Positions 24,951-37,792 of a stretch of 64,000 bases of DNA are shown in pieces (within the stretch, counting starts at the first letter, position 1; every line of letters begins with the position of its first letter). Origin of the DNA: Carcharhinus amblyrhynchos (Eukaryota); contig OZ336873.1 in the NCBI GenBank assembly GCA_965287045.1, forward strand, positions 29,884,001-29,948,000, given 5' to 3'. The translations under genes were made by a program, and so were the position numbers. Under the pieces are notes generated by a model, which was not told where the DNA came from, did not search any database, and saw nothing but the letters and a program-made list of their open reading frames with translations.

Positions 24951-26184
24951 CAGCTGCCCTAAGTAACTCTTGACTAGGAACGGAAGATCCAGTCAGGTTG
25001 TGCACTCCTTTTCAGTGATCTTACTGGGATTACAATTGTTTAGATGTGCGGTGGAAACAACATCAGACCTGGGCTATTTGACCAAAATAGCTATCAGCAC
25101 TCTCTGGCTAAACTAGCAAATCTAAATGTTTGGTTGAGGAGAGCAAATATGTCAGCAAAGTTGGTGCTTTTGGAAGATGGAGAGGGAAAATTGGGTGAAG
25201 GATTGAAGAGAGAAAACACAATGTCTATTTTCATCATAACCACAAACATTAGCTTTGGTGAAAAGTTTAATAAAGACAAGTGAAAGTGATAAAATAGTTT
25301 AACAATTGTGATTTTAAATAAAGGAATTGCTTGTAAACAGTGTGATATTAAAACTATCTCAATGCTGTGTATTTTTTACTGTAATTTGACCATAAAGCAG
25401 TCACCACAGCCCCCAAAACTTATTTTTTTTGTAAATCACAGATATTTTTGGAGTGGAGTTCAGGTGTATTATTACTGCCATTATATTGTTGGAAATTAGC
25501 AACATGATTTTCGTCCATTCAAAACAGTAGGAATGCAATACCACATGGAACTATCGTGCGCAACAATATATCACCTCCACCAGCTTACTCTGCCATTGTT
25601 AGTGGTGAGAAAGCTGTTAGGAACTTACAGTATGTACCACGCACATTTGGTGCTCTGCTCAGGCTCCATTGTTTGAATTGGGCCATGTGCCACAGTGTAT
25701 CCAAAGACAAAAAAAAGGCAAATGTTTCATTGTTGCAAGTTTTGGAGAACAAAAGTGTGGGACAATAATCTGATCCCTGCAGAATCTTGTTTGGAATAAA
25801 GGACAGATTTTTAAATGAAGAGAATTTGCAGAGCTGCTCAACATTGTCTTGTTACAGATATTCTCAGCCGCTTTCCTGCGAGCAATAGCGGGCTATTCTG
25901 ATTAAATGAGCTCTGGAACAACGGTGACATCTCAGACCATTTGAAGCCAGAAATGCAATATGTTACTGTATTGACAATGGGCTGATATTCTACCTACTAC
26001 ATAGGCTTGTGGTCACAAGCCAGGTTCACATGCTGGGAAAAGTTTATATTTTTGCACCTAAATATTTGCATCTGCTTATTCTTCCATGGAGCTTGCTGTT
26101 CATTGCCTAAGAAGTCCTATTAGTCATGAATTCTCTTTTGAAGGATAAATCAGTAGTTTTTGCCTATTGATTTAAGAATGTAAT

Positions 26185-26345
26185 AGAAGAAGGAATGGAG
26201 ACCACATGGCCATCAAGCTAGTTCTGCCATTCAGTGCGCTCATGGTCGATCTTGGGCTTCAACTCCATTTTCCCGCCCGTTCCCCATATCCCTTAATTTC
26301 CTGAGAGACCAAAAATCTGTCAATCCCAGCCTTAAATGTATTCAT
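26185..26345 (-). mobile_element. CR1 3' tail fragment
   Basis: GCCATTCAGTGCGCTCATGGTCGATC..TTCCCCATATCCCTTAAT matches the reverse of the CR1 end at 16200-16330. Confidence 0.75.
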
Positions 26346-27659
26346 TTCAAAAGAGTCTCTCACTAATTTAAGAGCAAGTCAAGAACTCACTTGAGCAAAT
26401 GACTTAACAGGGCATGTTTAACCCAGCCACTAGGGAGGGCGGGAGACAGAAAGTACTACAACATATGAAAATAAATCTCAATGTGTCCTTTCAATTTTTA
26501 AAATGGTTGGAATTTTTCCTACTAATTTTTTTAAAGGCTAATAGGCATTGATTAAATTGAAGGATGTCAGCAGTGGGGTTGAAATAATGTCTTTCTTTGA
26601 TATTCAGAATTAGCACTGAACACTTACAAGTAATATGCAGTACAGTAGAGTTAGAACTCCCTCTGATACCCCTCAAACACTTTCTTAACTTCCAGCCATA
26701 GAAGACATAGCTTCATTGTACCAGTGCAAATCTTCCACTCACAATATCCTTATGGTTGTACGATGCGCATTAGGAGTTGGATTTAGGATTTCCAAACATG
26801 AGCCATATATCAAGACTACTCAATCCCAGCCCAAAATCCCAAGATCACTGTAGTCAATCATTGCTCCACCCATATTTTATAAACATAGTGATATTATGCC
26901 ATACATGAGAGAGAGGGGGGACACATCCCAGAACCTGGGAATAACTTTGGTATTTTTAGTTGTGGTGGGTCTCAGAGGATAGTGCTCTCCCAATTCTGTG
27001 TGATCCTCACTTGTGCCAGCATTGAATGCAGTTTGAAGATTTCAAACTACTAGTTTTGAAGCAAACCTCCAGTTATGTTGATGTGTACTAATACTGTGGT
27101 GAATATGGTGTTATCTCCATTACATACAAGGGAAATTGAGTCATTATACTTTACCTTAAATATAAGGTAGTGTTTTCCTTGATAAATCACAAACGAATAA
27201 GGTGAGATCCTTAAGCAGTACCCCAGAGGATAAACCAAAGAAAGAGCAAAGTACAGTATAAACACATTTTAGAATTGTGATAATGTTCAGCTATCCCTGA
27301 GGTGAGATTGGTTAAATGTACAACCTCAAGTTTAAAACAGCTGTCAAATTATACCTGTGTAAGTGGATAAGTTATTTTATACCGAATCATTTAAAATCAG
27401 GTGGAAGCTCAATTGAATGTCTTTGGAAGTTTACGACACCAGGTAGAACAGATGTGCATGCGTTGGATGCTGATTCAATAACTAAGGTGTACAAATAAGA
27501 AGATACACATCAGCAAAATCAGTATCACAGAGGTGAAACTGAACACAACAATGTTAGCTTTGAATTTGATGAGCTTTGCTTGTTTGCCTCTGTTACACAC
27601 CTGTAGTTTAAAAACAGCCGGGTCTGAATTCAACATCACACCAACTGTATGGTCATAAA

Positions 27660-27775
27660 GGCCAGAATTCTTCTATCCTGCCCACCTATAATGGGCAGGG
27701 GGCAGACCATGCAAAGGTCCACTGGTCTCTGGCGGGTTCTCCAGTTTTGAGGTGAGCGTGGCCGGAGAATCCCGT
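27660..27775. mobile_element. ~115-bp MITE, Harbinger-type TIRs
   Basis: GGCCAGAATTCT..GGAGAATCCCG; interior is the reverse homologue of 36500-36626. Confidence 0.7.
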
Positions 27776-28189
27776 AAGAAGCATCTGCAACAAGAACCCA
27801 GTTCAGCAGGTTGGACCTAATCGTGCTGACAGTAAATTGATGTGGACCTGTTTTGTAGACAATCCTGGTATTCACCTGGATTCGGTTCCTGGGTCAATGC
27901 TGGTGAATTTATTTACGCTATTTACTGTTCAGTCATTGGACTCAGGTATTTTGGATGATCTCAGCCAGGTTAGCAGCGAGTCCTAGGCTAAGGGGAAGGA
28001 AAATGAACTGGATTTTGACTTCTCATCACTGCTGAAGAAGCCCTTGCTAGATTTATGCAGTTACAAGGTGAAAACAAGATTGAAATTACTGTGTCTTCTG
28101 TAATGATGCTACTAATAAAGAATGGCAGCATTGTTAATGCATCAGCAGACTTCCTGCACCCCAACAAGAATCCATACAGAATCCTTTTT

Positions 28190-28496
28190 ATAGAATTCTT
28201 ACAGTGCAGAAGGAGGCCATTTGGCCCATCAAGCCTGCACAAAGAACAATCTCACCCAGACCCTTTCCCTGCGACTCCTGTATTTACTCTACTTGTCCCT
28301 CTGATAGTAAGGGGCAATTTAGCATGGCTAATTCACCTAATCTGCACATCTTTGGACGATGAGAGGAAACTGGAAGGAAACCCGCGCAGACATTGGGAGC
28401 ATGTGCAAACTCTGCACAGTGACCCGAGACTGGATTTGAACCTGGGTCTCTGGTGCCGTGAAGCAGCAGTGCTAACCACTATGCCACCGTGTCACC
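28190..28496 (-). mobile_element. HE1 V-SINE with CR1/HER1-type tail
   Basis: ATAGAATTCTTACAGTGCAGAAGGAGGCCATTTGGCCC tail, V core, tRNA head. Confidence 0.9.
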
Positions 28497-31400
28497 ATAC
28501 CTTCAAATGATAAGGGAACACTGGGGTGAGGGGAGAAAACAAATATTGCAATTGTTTATTTTGAATTCACATGCTTACTTAGCTTCAGATTTGCATTGAG
28601 CTAGGCTAAATTTCTGCACTCAAGTAGTGATACTGTCAAATAGATATTTGACCGATGAAGTTGACTCCAGAAAAATTTTGAAGTGCGCTGGCCCCTTGAA
28701 TGTACAATATGAATCATATTCTCTACAAAATACACATTATCATAAATGACGGAACTAATTGTATTCAGTAATTTTCAGTAGAAAGTTTGAGTGGATTTGA
28801 TTTGTTTTTCAGATAAATTTTGGTTGATTGGGATAATTCTTTTATGTGGTGGCTTTGATATTGTTTTGTGATTGATTAACATTATTTTTAAAACGGTGTT
28901 GGTATTTTTTTCCCAAAATATCACTGTATTTTCTTGAGCCTCCATATTCCACAAGGGTAATATGGCCTGCACAGAAATTAATGCGACTGCTCCAGATTAT
29001 TATGTAGCCCCCCGCACCGCCCCCGCTCCCAATGTACTACCACGTTAGATTGCATAGCATTCGTTCCTGTGCAAACAGCACCAAGAGGAAAGTTGAAAAT
29101 TCAATCTCAAGACTTCACAGGCAAACTCAGCTGGAACTCCAGAAGGCCATCCAGCATTTGGTCGTTTAAGTTTTATGTAAATGATCTCAACAGACAAGAC
29201 TTTGGGTCCTCATCCCATGGACGGCCCGCCAGACGCCTGTTAATTGTCTGAATGGCTCATAATTTATCGGCCTTCCAAAAAGTAGAAAAATTAGGCTTCA
29301 TTTGTCAGCTCTCCACGCTGTTATAGCTACATATGCCTTCATTCTACGGGTTTTTAAGGCTGTGATATTGCAGGCAAAAGACTCTGCTTCTTATAATGTT
29401 AGAAAGGCTGAAAAATAAATTTACTAGGTCCGCCAAGAATTCTGTTACTCTGAATAGATACTTTTTAAATGTGGCATTTCCTAGACTAGAGCTACCCTTT
29501 CACTAGGCCATTATTCTGGCCTGAAACACTCTCATGTAGGTTGCACTTAACCTGCTACTGTGCACCGAATGACAATATCTTACAGGCAACCAGTATAGTT
29601 GAAACAGCAGAGAGAAGAGGAGTGGAAACCTAGCAGATTACATCACCTCACTGTTGCTACCATTGTCGTCAGGCTTCTGGGAATGAATGGAATTACTAAC
29701 TGCTCCCACCCCAGAGCAGACTTTCTAGTAATTAATTTCAGAGTGGAAATCAAGCATTACCACACCTGTCTTCACCCACCTGAATTACTCCACGGGTGTG
29801 CCTTAAGTCCAAAAGATATCGGGTACTGTAATCTTTAACGTTGGCATTGGCACTCCCATATGAAACAGTTACGCAGCTAGATATTTATTGTTCAGTTATT
29901 ATTGATTGAATAAATGACAATTGCTCAAGATATTTCAATTTCTTTTGTACTTGATTAATGACAAGCTGAATAAATGGGTTCTAGTTTGTGTGGATTTTGA
30001 TTCCCATAACAGGGGGCAGTGCCATTTTATTTTTTAAATGTACCTCTAATGCACTAAGGAGTTGCATATTCTCATTTGAACACTAGATATTGACTGTGCT
30101 GTCCTGCAGGGAGAGACTGGAGATTATAGTTTGTCAAACGTATCACCAATATTACAAGCATTGTATCATTGCCAAGAATTGGAATGAGTGGGATTTAGTC
30201 AAAAAATAGCTTCAGGGGCTGGGGGAGCCTGCAGCTATAGAGGGGTCTTCAAAGATCTAAAAATTAATGCAAAAATTAAAATCATCTTAAGGAAACTGAA
30301 AATGCTTCTGGCAATAACAGACTGCAGCATCTCAAAGTGCATTCTGATTTCTTTTAAGCAATAAGCACATTTATCTGGTGGCGCAGAGTGTGTGGGAGAT
30401 GAACCCCGGATGCTTTCTTGAAGGTAGCTTCAATAATCCAAATTTATTGACGGCTGGAGGGTCCATCCACTTTGAAACAAATAATCAGACTTTTAATATT
30501 TTTTTTGCAGATATAGAAGTCGCTGTTTTGAAAGTGACAGGGTTGGCAATTTACACTATCAATTTTTTGCAAAAAAAAATCAATAAATATTGCGCAATAC
30601 CACCCTGTGTCATCTTTAAAAAGCAGCTGTTGTTCAATTAACCAAGTTTTAGACAGGCAGTTATTTACTAATTCAGAGCAAGAGTTGATGTCATTAAAAG
30701 CAATGCTCACCCTAAACAATCCATAAACCATTCTACTCGCCCAAGTTTCTGCTTGCTGGGCACCACTTGAATGATTCAGTGTTACTGGCGGAAGAAAGAA
30801 AGCTTACAACACATAGGAAATAGGGAGTCAGATGTGTTTAATGTAAATATGCTGTCAGATCCCTTTCAGTAAATGACATGAGCAGATGATTAACAGTGTT
30901 CTCAATAGTTTTTTGCATAATCTGCCAATTTAGTGGAACACTTCAACTATTCTCACAGAACATTAATTTTGTCATTTAAGATTTTGTAAATGTTCAACTA
31001 TGAAGCTGTTATACGAATAAAACTATAGTTACTACTTGTAGCAGTAAGAACCTATAAATCCCCAGATCGCTACATACTTGAATGCATTCTTGCTGGACAA
31101 GAAGAGTAGTTTTAGGGAGATAATATGCATTTTTTTTACTCTGCGCAGTCTACATATATCATACTTATTAAATGGAACTGCCAACATTGCTCATCATTAT
31201 TTCAATGAAGTTTAAAAAAAAATTCAGACTAACGTCTTAATTTACATTTTCAGGACTGACATAAAATATCAGGGTCAGAACAGGTGGGTAAAGATTCTGA
31301 AATTTATACATTCTTCATTATTCTGTAATAGTGAGTGATTTTTTTTACGAAAATGAAAACAAAGCAACTTAAAAGAGATAAAAAGGGAATCCAAACTCAT

Positions 31401-31756
31401 GTCCCTTGGGTGTTCTAAGATCTATGAGATTGTAAAAATTCTGTAGGATTTATGATTCATTTTATAGGTTTTTTAGAATTTATTAAAAAAAAGCTATGCT
31501 AAGAGCTTCATGGAGTCTGCAGAAATGCTCTGAATAATATCCTATGGAATATTCTGCACCGACTAACAAAGAGGGCTAATCTCCACTGGATTTGTGGGAA
31601 GTATCATTTTCTGTACTTCTCCATCCTGGCAGCTATGTATTGGTTTTACAGGCTTGTGATTCCATAAAGTGCTATTAAAAGATGCCTTCACTGTACAAAC
31701 GTTTAAACCTAACAATAAGGTGCTGACATTCTCAAAACCTCTTCAAAATGTTACCA

Positions 31757-32325
31757 ACGAACAAAGGAAAGTACAGCACAGGAACAGGTCCTTTGGCCCT
31801 CCAAGCCTGCGCTGATCATGATGACCAAACTAAACTTAAAAAAAACTTTTGCCCTTCCTCAGTCCATATCCCTCCCTAATCATGTACTCATCCAGATGCC
31901 TCTTAAATGTTGCTAATGTGCCTGCTCCTTAAAAGAGGCCACCAGCTCTGACAGCATGTCCCGGACACTTATCACTCTCTGAGTGAAAAATTCCCTCCGC
32001 ACTTTCCCCCTCTCACCTTGAACCTGTGCCTTCTTGTAATTGACACTTACACCCTGGAAAAAGTCTCTGGCTGTCCACCCTGCCTATGCCTCTCATAATT
32101 TGTATCTATCAGGTTTTTCTTCAGCCTCTGTCTTTCCAATGAAAGCAATCCTAGTTTATTCAACCTCTCCTCGTAGTCAACACTCTTGAGACCAGGCAAC
32201 ATCCTGGTGAACGACTTTTGCGCACTTTCCAAAGTTTCCATGCCCTCCTGCTGGTGTGGTGACCAGAACTGCACACAATATTCCAAATGCAGCCTAACAT
32301 GATTTCCCAACTCTTGTACTCAATG
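31757..32325 (-). mobile_element. CR1 LINE 3' end
   Basis: Minus-strand VRLHLEYCVQFWSPH..SAQKSFTRMLPGL; tail type similar to 14940-14993. Confidence 0.9.
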
Positions 32326-33176
32326 TCCACATCTTTTCATTTGGGATGGTGGAAGAACATAATTTGGAATCATACATGTGTGATGCATTGCATGTATAAT
32401 GTAGTCATGCTTGTATATGACAGTGTATGTATGTATAGTGCAGTAACTCCACTTCTGCTATAATAAAGTAATAAAGAGAACAAAATTCCAAATGCACAAA
32501 AACTGAGTCAGGGCATGAACTTTGAAGATTTAATATGTTTTTTGAACTGGTAATGTGGAAAATAATGGGTCTTGAGATAAACAACTCTTCAGGGCCTGGT
32601 GGCTTTCCATGTTGGGGTACTAAGCAAAATAGAGGAAAAAATTGGAGATGCATTAGTCATAACATTCCAAAGATTACTAGTTTCAGAAATCATGTCTTTG
32701 GATTGGAAACTTGGAAATGATGCTCCATTATGTATGAAGGGCGGGAGGAACTTGATTCAGACTCACCAGTTTACCATCAATTGTGAAATAAGTTATTGGA
32801 ATCTATTATGAGCAACAAAGTGACTATGCACTTGGATAGCCATCAGCATCAACGAGTATTAGCATGTGTTTACAAAGGCTAGGTTGTGTATGAGTAACCT
32901 GGTTGAACTTTTTGAGGAGGTGCATGGTGGACAGGGAAGTGTCAGTGGATGTTTTTGATGTGAATTTCCAGAAGACGTTACTTGATGAGTGTTGGCATGA
33001 GAGATTACTTGCAAAAATGAGTATGTATAGAATTGGAGGTAAACTTGTGACATGAATTGATAATTGGTCAGTAGGAGAATGAGAGTATAGGGATAAAGGA
33101 AACACTCTGGTAAGATATGATAAGTAGTGTTTCCTCAGGAACTGTACAATGGTCTCAGCTTTTCAGTGTATATAAT

Positions 33177-33728
33177 GGGCCAGAATTTGCTGGCAACATA
33201 ATGACGAGATTAATGCACACACTGTCATTAGTGATGTAAATCGTTTGGCAATTTGTGACGAGTAAGAGTTACCCTGCTGGATGATTTGCACCATTCTATT
33301 GTGAACTTTGCAAAAACAGCAGCCGCCCTCAACCTCCCCCATCAGTTTCAAGAAATTGCTGCATTTGTAAATGAATTAAGTTTCTGAACATTTCTAACCT
33401 TAATTTTTTTTCTTCCTTTTCCTTTCCATTTTTTCCTCTATATCTCAATTCAGTCTTTCCTTTGCTTTATTTCTCTTTCTGGTCCTGATCTGACCTTAAC
33501 GTACAATATTTCCCTCTACATTCCTCTGCTTCTTTCTCAATCCTTAAATCTCATTGGTTAAGGATGGCTAGTTCTGTCATTCACAGAATTCCTAGATGTC
33601 CCATTGCCCCTCACTACATCATTGTCAGGTCAAATTTTCAGCAATTTCTGGCACAGCTAAACATTGAGCAGAAGAGTGAGGGAGAAAGTTGAACATGATG
33701 AGATAACCCGCTTCAGAAAATCCTGGGC
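33177..33728. mobile_element. Non-autonomous Harbinger-type element (~550 bp)
   Basis: Ends GGGCCAGAATTT / AAATCCTGGGC; interrupts a CR1. Confidence 0.55.
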
Positions 33729-34169
33729 TTTTAATGACTTAGATGAAGGCGTGGAGAGCTGTATATCCGGTTTGTAAGTGGTTGTGTGGAAGTTACAAAG
33801 ATGCATGGACAGACTCAGTGAGTAGGCAAAATTGTAACAAATGGATTTCAACGGGGAATGAGTTTCCAATTCAAGAAAGAAAAATCAGAATATTTTCTGA
33901 ATGATGAGAGACTGATCTGTGAAGGAGCAAAGGGAATTTAGATGTCCATGGACCACAGATACAAAATAACAAAGAGAGAAAAGCTAACTGGACATTGCCC
34001 TTCATCTCATTCAAAACTGAGGAAAGGATGCTTCAGTTGTGTAGAGCCTTGCTGAAATCCCACATGGAGTGCTTCATTCAGTGTTGGGCACTGTGCAGTA
34101 TACTGGGTGGGAAAGCACAGATGTTCCCACTCTGATCTCTTGTTCATCCTTCACTCCCTTTACCTTATT

Positions 34170-34390
34170 ATCAGTGACTGTGCCCTAAGTTGTGGAATTT
34201 GCTCTCTAAACTTCCCTACTTGTCTCTTTAAGCCCTTCCTTAAAACCTATCTCTTGGACCAAGCTTGTCTGAATTAACCTGATGTTTCCCTTTTGGTTCC
34301 ATATTAATTTTTGTCTGATTATATCCTGTGAAGAGTTTTGTGATGTTTTGCTATGTTAAAGGTTCTGCATAAATGCAAGTTTCAATTGAT
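34170..34390 (+). mobile_element. L2-like LINE 3' end
   Basis: CTTAAAACCTATCTCTTGGACCAAGC..CCTGTGAAG..GTTAAAGG..ATAAATGCAAGTT, typical of an L2 3' end. Confidence 0.6.
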
Positions 34391-35799
34391 TGTATCAGGG
34401 CTTATAGGAAGGATTAAGTTTTGAGGATTGGTTGCATAAACTTGGCTTCCACTCCCTTGAGTTTAGATGGTTGAGGAGTAATCCATTATGAGGTATATAA
34501 AATGATTAAGGGATTCAGTGTGGTAGATTTCTTCTGGTGGGGGAATCTGGAACGAGAAAATAACCATATGCTGTAGACCTAGATCATTTTGGAGTGAAAT
34601 CGTGAAATATCTTCCTGTACAAAGTATAGCAGGAATCTGGAACTAGTTTCTCCAAGGCTGTAGATGCCCCATCAATTGAAACATTGGAGAATGTGATAGC
34701 TAGATTTTAGTTAGATAAGAATATCAAAGGATCTGGAGTGAAAATAAATAAATGAAATTGAGGTATGATCTAATTCAATAGAAGAATTCTATGATTCTAC
34801 ATATAAAGGCAATGAATGGTGAAGTTATGTTACTAAAACTATTTATTAAGGTAATCAGGATGAGATTGAAGTGCAGGAAAGATATTTTGTTTTAGGCCAA
34901 AATAAAGCCTTCACATCTAGAGTAGATTGTGCACGTGTGTATGGATGTTTCCTGATTTGAGAATTGAGTAAACATAGCCCCGATGCAATTTCCCCATAAT
35001 CTACTGCTAATTGTATTCCTCTGGGTTGAATAGTGAGGTTGCAAAGTGCTGCTATGACTCAGGGATGTTTATGTAGGCTCTGTGGCAAGGCCTATCAAAC
35101 AAAATCAGAATGTATTTATATAGAAACTCGTGCAGGAGTGAAGAATACAGCCTCATTGCAAGGTCCAGATAATATTTCAATTTTTATTTTGTAGCTTCTA
35201 TTATCTGAACTCCACAATGCCAGCATCATATACTGAACTCTTACCAATGGAAGGTACTTATACGGTGATTAAAAACTTCTAGTTTTTTTACTGAATAGAA
35301 TGGCAGTTCTTTTTAAAGTGAAGTTATTGTCATTTACAGTGAATTCAAATGTAGCAAAGCTCTGTTTATACTGCAAAAGTGATGATGCTCTGATTCATGT
35401 ACTGAGAGACTGCAGAGAATGAAACTCCAAAACTCTATTACCAGCCTTCACTGAGAAATAAAATTTGTAATCTCTTATTGTTTAACCAATCTGGAGAAGT
35501 GGAATACACGTTTGGTAATAAGATTGGTTATTACTTTAATGTTTGCAAAGAACCTGTTAACTTTTAATGAATTCCTTTGTCCATTATTTTAAATAGATTA
35601 ACAGCTTTGTTAGAATAGTGGACAAAGGAATTTGACATTTGTTCATTACTATTTCAACCCTGCTGAAAACAATGGATTAGTGTTTCTTGTCATGAAGAGT
35701 TTAATATCTCTCTGCAATGAGGCCTTCAGTTGGGAGCTAATAACAGCAGAGGCGTGATGGGCTAAGCTTTCTCCTTCGGTGTTTAATTTCTGTGATTCT

Positions 35800-36095
35800 A
35801 CTGAGGACTTGAATATATAATCTATGTTGATAATTCAGTGTAAAACTAAGTGAGCTCTGATTTGTCAGAGATGGTTCAAAGACACTAAACCAAAGCTGCA
35901 TCTGCAATTCCTCCGATTTGTTAAGTATCTCATGACATGATTGGAAATAGAGCAGGGAGTTTCAACACCTTAACCAATTGCAGCAAAATAGATTAACTGG
36001 GGTTTCATTTAATTTCTGTTGTGACATAGCTGTATAAACAAAAAACAGGCTGTTGCTTTCACCCACATTTTAACAGTGGTCAAAGTAATGTATGT
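35800..36095 (+). mobile_element. Ancient Deu-domain SINE (AmnSINE1/SacSINE1-like) remnant
   Basis: Degenerate GACTTGA..ATAATCTA.G.TGA..TCAGTG..TGTCAGAG.TG..TAAACC..GAGCAGGGAGTT pattern. Confidence 0.45.
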
Positions 36096-36103
36096 CGTAA
36101 TGT

Positions 36104-36220
36104 GGGCCGGAATTCTCTGACCTCGCCTGTGGCTGGGATTCCCCAGTCCTGCTGTTTTGAATGGAGATTTGGCTGAGTACCAAATTCTCTGTTCTCATAC
36201 GATACTGGAGAATTCTGACC
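36104..36220. mobile_element. ~115-bp MITE, Harbinger-type TIRs
   Basis: GGCCGGAATTCTC..GAGAATTCTGACC; homologous to 36989-37115. Confidence 0.7.
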
Positions 36221-36499
36221 ATGGGTTCTTTAGATATCTCAATTATGAGATCTTGAGACTTGAACGTTTAAGCATGGACTGTTTACTGTTAGTCTTTAAC
36301 TATTTACAGATCCCAGGTTACTGTTATGCATGGAGCTGCTTCTCTATGCAAGTAGGCTGCCAAGGTGTTTCCTCTGAGTCTATTACCATGTGGGTTTATG
36401 CATCATACTGTGCGTTCGTGGTGCTATTCCCACATTAACCCTTGCCCTGCCGACCAAGCATTGCATTACAATGGCATGCAGGCCCCAGAACAATTCATT

Positions 36500-36626
36500 G
36501 GGTGGGATTTTCCAGCCGCGCTCAACCCAAAACCAGAAAATCCTGTCCGAGGCCAACAAACCTTTGCATGGTCTGCCCGCCCCCCCACTATGATTCCTAT
36601 GGTGGGCGGGACAGGAAAATTCCCCC
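36500..36626. mobile_element. ~125-bp MITE, Harbinger-type TIRs
   Basis: GGGTGGGATTTTCC..GGAAAATTCCCCC. Confidence 0.75.
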
Positions 36627-36988
36627 AACACAATATGAAGCACTTGGGATGTTTCTAACAAATTTGACAAATCACAGTTGTACAGTTGAGGTACAGATCA
36701 TCACAATCTAACTGAATGGCAGTACATACTTGAGGAATCGAATGGTCTCCCTCTTATTTCTATGCTCCTCTGCAATATAAATCTAAACGTTGAGTTATGC
36801 ATAAAAGATTACACTCCCAATAGTCACCCTGATCCCTTCTACAAGAGAATACTTCTTTTGAAAGAAACACCATTACAATCCATACCTAAATACAAATTTT
36901 ATATAGAATGTATATTTAGTTACATTGCAATCATATTACAAGCAATATACTGTAGGAGTTCCTGTAATTCTCAAAATCAGAAACGCGT

Positions 36989-37115
36989 GGGGCCAGATTT
37001 TCCGAAATCGCCTGTAGCTGGGATTCTCCAGTCCCGCTACAGTGAACGGACATTTGGCTAAGCGCCAAATTCCGTGTTCTTGCTGGCAGTGTCGGCTGCA
37101 CGGTTCGAGAAACAG
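36989..37115. mobile_element. MITE, same family as 36104
   Basis: GGGGCCAGATTTTCC..TCGCCTGTAGCTGGGATTCTCCAGTCC..ATTTGGCT..CCAAATTC shared with the 36104 copy; right TIR decayed. Confidence 0.6.
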
Positions 37116-37542
37116 GACCAGGATGTGGATTAAAAACAATCTAACTCTGAAGTTTGGTTCAGTTCTGCCTAAATCTGCCATTGTGTGTCTATCAGATGGT
37201 AGAATTAGGGCCTAAATACTTAACAAGTGGGCATTGGTTTCCATTGATTCATTGAAGGCTCAGTAATGGTTAAATATTGTTACAGATGTGATTTTCATTT
37301 TATAGTTGAGGAATTTAGAAGTATGATCATCGTTGTAAAGACAGGAAGGAGACTGAATGATAAATCATTACAGGAAGAATTCAGAAGATTAAACAGGGCT
37401 GTTAATTTGCAACAGTATTCACCAAAGGTGACACAAAATGAGCAAGAACCAGATTTTTCCTGAAATCCCTCCACTTTCTCCTTTTGAACTAGGGTGCAGT
37501 TTAATGGGTGGCTCCAGGAATGATTGTTGGATATTTTTAAAA

Positions 37543-37792
37543 ATTTATTTATTAGCCACAAGTAAGGCTTGCAATGAAGTTCCTGTGAAATTCCCCCAGT
37601 CGCCACACTCTGGCGCCTGTTCGCGTCAATGCACCCTAACCAGCACATCTTTCAGACTGTGGGAGGAAACTGGCACCCGGAGGAAACCCACACAGAGAAT
37701 GTGGAAACTTCACACAGACAGTGACTCAAACTGAGAATCGAACCGGGTCCCTGGTGCTGAGGTAGCAGTGCTAACCACTGTGCCACCATGCA
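37543..37792 (-). mobile_element. HE1-like V-SINE, alternative tail, internally deleted
   Basis: Homologue of 21750-22051. Confidence 0.85.

Larger units (their letters stand above)
32830..34800 (+). mobile_element. Ancient CR1 LINE split by younger insertions (pieces ~32830-33175, 33729-34100, 34392-34800)
   Basis: Collinear decayed RT/C-terminal sequence; TATATAATG|..|TTAATGACTTAGATGAAGG rejoins across the 33177-33728 insert. Confidence 0.7.
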
